A stretch of 64,000 bases of DNA from Minisyncoccota bacterium (GTDB taxonomy: Bacteria > Patescibacteriota > Minisyncoccia > Phycocordibacterales > XYD1-FULL-46-19). The stretch spans positions 64,623 to 128,622 of the forward strand of contig JBAZMZ010000001.1 in the NCBI GenBank assembly GCA_041649495.1, read 5' to 3'. Shown here in pieces: positions 58,292 through 64,000 of the stretch. A program made the translations under genes and the position numbers. Positions within the stretch are counted from its first letter, which is position 1; the number at the start of each line of letters is the position of its first letter. The notes beneath the pieces were generated by a model, which did not search any database, was not told the DNA's origin, and worked only from the letters and a program-made list of their open reading frames with translations.

Positions 58292-59283
58292 TTAGATTTG
58301 GTGCCCACTTTGAAACCATTAAGGAAATCGGTCCAAGCCATCTCCTTTTTGCCGGCGGGGGTGACTCGATCGTAAATTAATTGTTCGCCTTCGAGGTGGG
58401 CTTGTTTAACAATCACCCTGATTTTACCGGCTGGTCCCGGGTAATCAAGATAGGTACCTGGCCACGGATTAAGGGCGAGGATTTTTCGATAATTAGTTAA
58501 CGGCAAATCATTTTGACCAAGCAGGCCATCTTCTTTGACGAATTTTTTGGTGTAAGTGGCCTGGTTATGGTCTTGTTCCTGTTCTTCAATCTTGTCGGTT
58601 AAATAATCTGGTAAAATTTTAATCAATAAATTTGTTCCCAATTCGGCAGTTTTATCACGAAGTTGCTCAAAATTAAATAAGGGGATACCTTGTCCGGCAT
58701 TTGTTCCGAGTTCTGGTCGAGGGGAGCTTAGGTTGAGGGATTCGCTGGCCAAGATTGGTCCGTGATCCATTTCGGCATCAAGCTTGATAATTGTCACGCC
58801 GGTTTCGGTATCACCATTTAGAATGGCAGTCTCAAGCGGGGATGGCCCGCGATATTTTGGTAATAACGATGGATGAATATTAAGTGTGCCTTTTGTCGGA
58901 ATATCCAAAATTTCTGGCGGAATGATTTTGCCATACGAGGCCACCAAGAAAAAATCCCAAGAGCGGACCGAAGTCGTATCTCGCGTAGCCAGATCCGACT
59001 TCGGGGAGCTCTGGGTCAAATTTTCTGAAGTCGCATTTAGCTCAGCAAAAAACGACTTCGAAAATTCTGGACCCTTTAAACTCGCCAATTGCATTACCGC
59101 CACCCCATTTTTCTCGCCCCAAACTTTCACCAACGGGGGAGTCATCACCATCTTTCGCCCCTGCGGTTTGTCGGGGATGGTAATAATCAATTTGGGTGTC
59201 AACCCTTTTCCCTTGAGTGTCTCCAACACCCTGACACTAAACTCATCCGTCCCGAAAAAAACAAAATTTACATTATTTATCAT
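58288..59283 (-). CDS. fmt: Methionyl-tRNA formyltransferase
   Basis: FFGTDEFSV..., SYGKIIP, and HPSLLPKYRG formyltransferase motifs; one low-complexity insertion. Confidence 0.9.
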   Translation of the reverse strand: MINNVNFVFFGTDEFSVRVLETLKGKGLTPKLIITIPDKPQGRKMVMTPPLVKVWGEKNGVAVMQLASLKGPEFSKSFFAELNATSENLTQSSPKSDLATRDTTSVRSWDFFLVASYGKIIPPEILDIPTKGTLNIHPSLLPKYRGPSPLETAILNGDTETGVTIIKLDAEMDHGPILASESLNLSSPRPELGTNAGQGIPLFNFEQLRDKTAELGTNLLIKILPDYLTDKIEEQEQDHNQATYTKKFVKEDGLLGQNDLPLTNYRKILALNPWPGTYLDYPGPAGKIRVIVKQAHLEGEQLIYDRVTPAGKKEMAWTDFLNGFKVGTKSN

Positions 59284-59431
59284 TAAGAGAGTATAACAAA
59301 AATGTTTCTTTTTTGCATTGCAGGTCTTGATACTTTAACCGAAAAGATGCTATCTTTTAGACAGATTGAGTCTGGGTTTGGGGTGTGCCCAATACCAGAG
59401 AGATAGGAAAAGCAAACTGGAGGGTTGACCC

Positions 59432-60070
59432 ATGTGGTTAACAGCGTGTTTAGTTGTCATGTTGCTTGGTCTGATGTTGTCCGCGGTGGTTCATAGGCGC
59501 CGGCGTCAGGAAGAACTTCTTTTTTGGCCCGACAGGCTTCCCCCGAATCGGCGGGTTGAAGAGGCCAAGAGATTGCTTGACGAGATGGAGTTTGATTGGG
59601 GGGAGGAAACTGGTAGCCCCTTCTTCCAATACCGCCTCCTCCTAAAGAAATGGCCTGGCCTAGCAGATGACCGTATCACTCTCGACTTGGCCAAGGGAGT
59701 TGTTCAAGCCACAAGGAGGAAAAACTCAAGGAGAATCCAGCGTGCCATCTCCGAGGGTCGGGTATCTGATTTGGGCAAGGCGTTTGCGGAGCTCCGGTCG
59801 TGCTCGCCGGATATTGATAAGATCGTCAATACGGACGAAGAGCTCCGACAGTCTTGGTTTCAGGCCAGAGCCGAGATTTTGTATGGCCAAGTTCTTTTGG
59901 CCGAAGGACGAGAACGCAAGTGTCAACGGGACGACCGAATCCGCGATCTATTATGGTTTCTAGTCGGGGAATTGGTCTTTGAGAGAGAAGATCTCCCTGG
60001 TGACTCTCTCAGTAATGTTGTCCAATCGCTTGTCCGAGATTTTGGTCCTCCCCCCTATCGAAACAAGTGA
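59432..60070 (+). CDS. Hypothetical 212-aa protein (N-terminal TM, Arg-rich), antisense-oriented between def and fmt; compositionally atypical
   Basis: GGAGGGTTGACCC-ATG SD; GC-rich codons; own terminator. Confidence 0.5.
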   Translation: MWLTACLVVMLLGLMLSAVVHRRRRQEELLFWPDRLPPNRRVEEAKRLLDEMEFDWGEETGSPFFQYRLLLKKWPGLADDRITLDLAKGVVQATRRKNSRRIQRAISEGRVSDLGKAFAELRSCSPDIDKIVNTDEELRQSWFQARAEILYGQVLLAEGRERKCQRDDRIRDLLWFLVGELVFEREDLPGDSLSNVVQSLVRDFGPPPYRNK

Positions 60071-60084
60071 TTGCCTTGCCGTGT

Positions 60085-60135
60085 TGTCTATGCCCTGTGC
60101 TTGCCTCTTGGCGAGCACGGGGCGCCTTTTTTTAT
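60085..60135 (+). terminator. Intrinsic terminator GCCCTGTGCTTGCC...GCGAGCACGGGGC with a long T-run
   Basis: Imperfect 10-13-bp stem plus TTTTTTTATTT; overlaps the last codons of def on the opposite strand. Confidence 0.55.
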
Positions 60136-60653
60136 TTGGCTTTTTCGGGGGAGTATTCTTTCACCTCCTTTGTTTTGTCGGTGAAGAGGATGCCGTTGAG
60201 ATGGTCTACTTCGTGTTGAAAAATTTGCGCCAGTAAACCAGAGCCGGAGCGGGTAAATTTTTTCCCTTCAAGATCATAAGCCGTCGCCGTAGCCTTGGTC
60301 GAGCGCTTCACTTGGCCATAAAGCCACCGCACCGAGAGACAGCCCTCCTCCATTTCCATTTTAGTTTTTGAAAGTTTTGTAATCGTGGGGTTGATGAAAA
60401 CGAGGTCAGGTTTTATTTTATTTGTTCCCCAATCTTCTTCGGGGGTGAAAACTTTGCCCGAGACGATAAAGATCTGGAGGGCCAAACCAATTTGAGGCGC
60501 GGCCAGCGCGACACCATCATCTTCCTGGTCGAGAGCCTCACGCATGTCGGTGACGATTTTCTTCAATTTGGGTGTGCCAAAAAGCGCTTCAGCCACCGGC
60601 TTGGCTGGTTGGTGTAAAACCTCATTTTCCTTTTGGACAATTTTAACCGTCAT
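60132..60653 (-). CDS. def: Peptide deformylase
   Basis: GVALAAPQIG, EGCLS, and HEVDHLNG motifs. Confidence 0.95.
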   Translation of the reverse strand: MTVKIVQKENEVLHQPAKPVAEALFGTPKLKKIVTDMREALDQEDDGVALAAPQIGLALQIFIVSGKVFTPEEDWGTNKIKPDLVFINPTITKLSKTKMEMEEGCLSVRWLYGQVKRSTKATATAYDLEGKKFTRSGSGLLAQIFQHEVDHLNGILFTDKTKEVKEYSPEKAK

Positions 60654-60754
60654 AATTAATAACTATAATTTACAACATTTTTCCCAAATAGACAAATTGG
60701 GTTTTTAGTGCTAGGAATTAATTGGACATGAACCTTGGAAAGGAGGTGATAAAT

Positions 60755-61522
60755 ATGTCCGAACCATACATTGGGATCACTGACTTCTTGACCTACGAAC
60801 AAGTCAAGAGAATGCTTAGAGCGTTTAAGGCTCACCGTTCAAAGAAATCAAGACGCCGGCTCCATGTCGGTGTCATGATGAGCCGCAAGACGCTTCGCGG
60901 TCTCGAAACCAAGGGGTCGCAAGCTTTTCCGCCCAAGGAAACAATAGACAGTATCTTTTCTTCGGACGAGGTAATGAATTGTCTCCACTACGCGGACTAT
61001 GGCTACGACCCTGACCTTGGCAAGAACTTAAGTGAAGCAATCGGTTATGGTGGCATCGGTATCAACGCTCTTCAGCTCGATATGGTTTGGCCAGATCCTG
61101 GTCAGATTGCGCATGGGGTTCATACCTCGCGCAAACAGCTCGAGATCATTCTTCAGATAGGCGAGAGGGCCCTTGATGAAGCGGGAAATGATCCAATTGC
61201 CACGGTTGAAAGACTTCAGGACTACGAAGGAGTGATTCACCATGTGCTACTCGACAAGAGTATGGGGAGGGGCCTCGGCATGGATGCCGTCGGGCTCATT
61301 CCTTTCGCTTGGGCGATCAAGGAGAGCTTCCCGACCCTTGGCCTTGGTGCCGCTGACGGGCTGGGACCAAACACTGTTCAACTGGTCAAACCACTTCTTC
61401 AAGCATTTCCCGATTTGAGTATGCAGGGGAAACTTCGACCAAGTGGCAACGCCCTTGACCCGATTGACTGGGGCATGGCCGAAACCTATCTCGTGGAAGC
61501 CCTCGATTTAACCCGTTCGTGA
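60755..61522 (+). CDS. Hypothetical 256-aa protein, antisense-oriented between priA and def; compositionally atypical
   Basis: AAGGAGGTGATAAAT-ATG SD; GC-rich codons; followed by a 12-bp-stem hairpin at 61527-61577. Confidence 0.5.
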   Translation: MSEPYIGITDFLTYEQVKRMLRAFKAHRSKKSRRRLHVGVMMSRKTLRGLETKGSQAFPPKETIDSIFSSDEVMNCLHYADYGYDPDLGKNLSEAIGYGGIGINALQLDMVWPDPGQIAHGVHTSRKQLEIILQIGERALDEAGNDPIATVERLQDYEGVIHHVLLDKSMGRGLGMDAVGLIPFAWAIKESFPTLGLGAADGLGPNTVQLVKPLLQAFPDLSMQGKLRPSGNALDPIDWGMAETYLVEALDLTRS

Positions 61523-61575
61523 AGTACAACAAAACCCAAATCGTTTGTTGTGTGAGACGAGGCGGGTTTTGTTGT

Positions 61576-63549
61576 TTACAAAACACTTTCGGGGTCGACT
61601 CGGATGAGGAAAGTGGGGTGGAGAGATTTGAGGAGAGAGAGGAGTTTTTTGTCGGGCCAGGCAGAGGATGGAAGTTTAACGAGGATATTGGAAACAGGGA
61701 GGCCTTTAACACTTTTGGTTAACGAGGGGTAATTAATTGGTTGCCATGGAGCGAGCGATTTCTCCAATTGAGCCAGATCTTTTTTAATTTCTTCTTTTTT
61801 GCCTTCGCGCGAAATTTTGATTAGGGTTTTGAAGGGGGGATAGCCAAGTTGTCGTCTCTCTTCTAATTCGTCGCGATAAAAATCGAGCAGGTTGCCGGAG
61901 AGAACAGCTTGAAAAACTTTTTCATCAGGATTGCGTGTTTGGATGAAAAAACGTTTGCTCGAGAGCAGTCGTAGGCGGAGCAATTCGCTAAACAATTTTT
62001 CGCCCAAGCGATAATCTGGTTTGGCAAAAAGATTGTCTAGTCCGACGATGGCGATGTTTTCAATTTTTTCGCGTAGATAATTGAGGGCCATTTCGGTCCC
62101 AATCAAAACCGAACCGGGTGAAGCGATAAATTGATTCATAATTTCTCGAGCTTTAGCTGGCGTTTTGGCGTTATCGTGGTCAAGTCGCCAAACCTTAATT
62201 TTAGGCGAGTGGGCTCTAATCTCGGCCTCAATTTTTTCCGCGCCAAAACCAAGCAGGGTTAATCGCTGGCCGTGGCAATTGGGACAATGGTCATCAATTT
62301 CGACTACCTGCCCACATTTGTGACAAAGAAAAAGATGATTGTCACTGACCTCGTTTGATTCCCCGCGAGTTTTTTGATGAATAGCGAGGGCCGAATGACA
62401 AATATCGCAAGTCATCACCAGTCCGCAATCACGACAAATGGTAATCGGGGTGAGACCGCGCTGACCGGCGAAGATAAAAAAGCGCTCATTATTATCGCTC
62501 GCATTTTCAATTTGGGCCAAGAGTCGTTCGCCCATTGAGCTTTGAATATCAAAATCGTCTTTTTTGTTTTTCTTAATTAGAGGCCAGAGTTGGGTTCGAC
62601 TGTCCGAATAAACGCGATATTTGATCGTGGCGGCGGGAGTAATTTCGCCTCGGCCGAGGCGGTAAATCGTTTCGCTTCGCAAAGCCAAATCGCCGAAGAT
62701 GAGGCGAAGTTTTTTTTGCTCGGCCAATTTTTCGGCAAAGAAGCGCCAATCAATATAAGGTCGAGAAAAATTTTTGTAAGCGCTCGAATTTTCTTTTTCT
62801 AAAATCAAAGTGGTGAGATCGGCGCGCGGGAGAGATAAGAAAAGGGGAGTGGCGATAATCAAAATCGGATGGGAAGTGGTCAAAACTTTTTTCCATAAAG
62901 TTAGGACTTGATTCTTGGCCAAACTCCCATGAAGCACCACCACATATTGTTCAATCCCTTTGGTAATTAAGGGGGTAAGGCGTTCGATATCGGGAAAAGT
63001 GGGGAGACAAAGGAAAACGGATTGCTTTTTGGCAAAACTTTCGCGAATCAAACTTTTATAAAAAGACCAACGCTCTTCGTCGGGTTCTTGCACGGCCAAA
63101 ATTTCGGTCAAAACTTTTTCACGCGAATCAACCCAGACTGGTGATTTGATCTCAGGCCATTTGTCTAAAATAATTTGGGGGATGAGCGATTTGATTACTT
63201 GGCCCGGGAAGGTGGCGTAATAATCAGCCGTCAAATTAGCCGTCTTGATAAACTCGGGCGAGAAATAACCAATTTTCTTAACTCGACTAATTTTACGCCA
63301 ACCAAAATCAGTTTTTTTGATTTGAGTTTTGAGATCTTTGACGGATTTTTCCGCGACCACGAGGCCGTCAATCACCCTGTTTTTGACTGGGACGGAGACA
63401 AGCGAACCGAGCGGTACCTCTTGAGCGGTAAAATAGGCGAGCGAATCTCGCCAAATGCCTTTGCTTAAGGGGATAACGCTGACGATTTTCATAGTTAAGT
63501 TAATTATTGGCAGTATAGCGATTTTCGACGATATCCACAACCGACCCAA
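61576..63549 (-). CDS. priA: Primosomal protein N' (PriA) with degenerate helicase motifs (no Walker A GxGKT, DEEH replaced by EKEN)
   Basis: N-terminal 3'-DNA-binding domain; Cys-rich zinc region CRDCG...CDICH...CHKCG...CPNCH; C-terminal domain. ATPase motifs are absent on inspection. Confidence 0.85.
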   Translation of the reverse strand: MGRLWISSKIAILPIINLTMKIVSVIPLSKGIWRDSLAYFTAQEVPLGSLVSVPVKNRVIDGLVVAEKSVKDLKTQIKKTDFGWRKISRVKKIGYFSPEFIKTANLTADYYATFPGQVIKSLIPQIILDKWPEIKSPVWVDSREKVLTEILAVQEPDEERWSFYKSLIRESFAKKQSVFLCLPTFPDIERLTPLITKGIEQYVVVLHGSLAKNQVLTLWKKVLTTSHPILIIATPLFLSLPRADLTTLILEKENSSAYKNFSRPYIDWRFFAEKLAEQKKLRLIFGDLALRSETIYRLGRGEITPAATIKYRVYSDSRTQLWPLIKKNKKDDFDIQSSMGERLLAQIENASDNNERFFIFAGQRGLTPITICRDCGLVMTCDICHSALAIHQKTRGESNEVSDNHLFLCHKCGQVVEIDDHCPNCHGQRLTLLGFGAEKIEAEIRAHSPKIKVWRLDHDNAKTPAKAREIMNQFIASPGSVLIGTEMALNYLREKIENIAIVGLDNLFAKPDYRLGEKLFSELLRLRLLSSKRFFIQTRNPDEKVFQAVLSGNLLDFYRDELEERRQLGYPPFKTLIKISREGKKEEIKKDLAQLEKSLAPWQPINYPSLTKSVKGLPVSNILVKLPSSAWPDKKLLSLLKSLHPTFLIRVDPESVL

Positions 63550-63588
63550 TTCTTTTATTTTTGTTGATTAAGTTATATAATAGAAGAG

Positions 63589-64000
63589 ATGAAAGGCACG
63601 ATGTGGTTAGTTTCGGGTTTGCTCATGGCTCTCCTTTTGGTGAGTGGTGTTGTGGTGGGCTCTAAATTGATTCGACCTGATAATTTTTTCTTAGCGCAGG
63701 ATTTTGAATTTTTGGGACGAGCTTCTCATCAGGTTTTGGGTCGGGTTAATCAGGGTCTTGGTCAACAAGTTACTTTCCTCAATAACTCGGCGGCGGTGAC
63801 CTCAACCGGGAACGCTATTACGAATTGGTTTTGGGCGATCATTGATTGGTTGCGTCAGCTTTGGCCTCAAAAAGAAGTGACCCCAATTATTACGCCGGCT
63901 GATCGAGAACAGATTCGCCAAGAATTTCTTGCTGAACTTAAAAGTCAGGGCCTCCTTAACGCTGATCTTTTGACTGGTGACACGAGCGGTGTTCGCTATG
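63589..64000 (+). CDS. Hypothetical membrane-anchored protein, 3'-partial (runs off the window)
   Basis: ATG after a TATAAT box; N-terminal TM segment; open to the window end. Confidence 0.4.
   Translation, partial: MKGTMWLVSGLLMALLLVSGVVVGSKLIRPDNFFLAQDFEFLGRASHQVLGRVNQGLGQQVTFLNNSAAVTSTGNAITNWFWAIIDWLRQLWPQKEVTPIITPADREQIRQEFLAELKSQGLLNADLLTGDTSGVRY

Overview
This 64-kb window looks like a small-genome bacterium with about 45% GC; a CPR/Patescibacteria-like lineage is an inference only. Most native genes lack Shine-Dalgarno (SD) sequences. The core content is housekeeping: SMC, RNase R, rpsP-KH-trmD, rpoB-rpoC, dnaG-rpoD, a Liv-type amino-acid ABC operon, a P-type ATPase, rsgA, a MacAB-like efflux system, uppP, eno, cdaA, hpf, and a priA-def-fmt block. 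Four tRNA genes lie on the minus strand. The most unusual locus is a complete tRNA-Val(CAC) gene nested in the anticodon loop of a second tRNA-Val(GAC) gene, flanked by a perfect 12-bp inverted repeat (27297-27494). A minimal SET-domain lysine methyltransferase sits convergent with a SWIB/MDM2-domain protein (29470-30198). Several higher-GC ORFs with GGAGG SD, and in two cases consensus promoters and terminators, sit in intergenic gaps of conserved operons, including both gaps of priA-def-fmt. Other accessory items are an AbiEi/AbiEii pair with a co-transcribed third gene next to tRNA-Asn, a 22x heptapeptide-repeat protein, AT-rich heptamer-repeat elements punctuating the liv operon, a CCAGACC hairpin family, and a PriA that has lost its helicase motifs.
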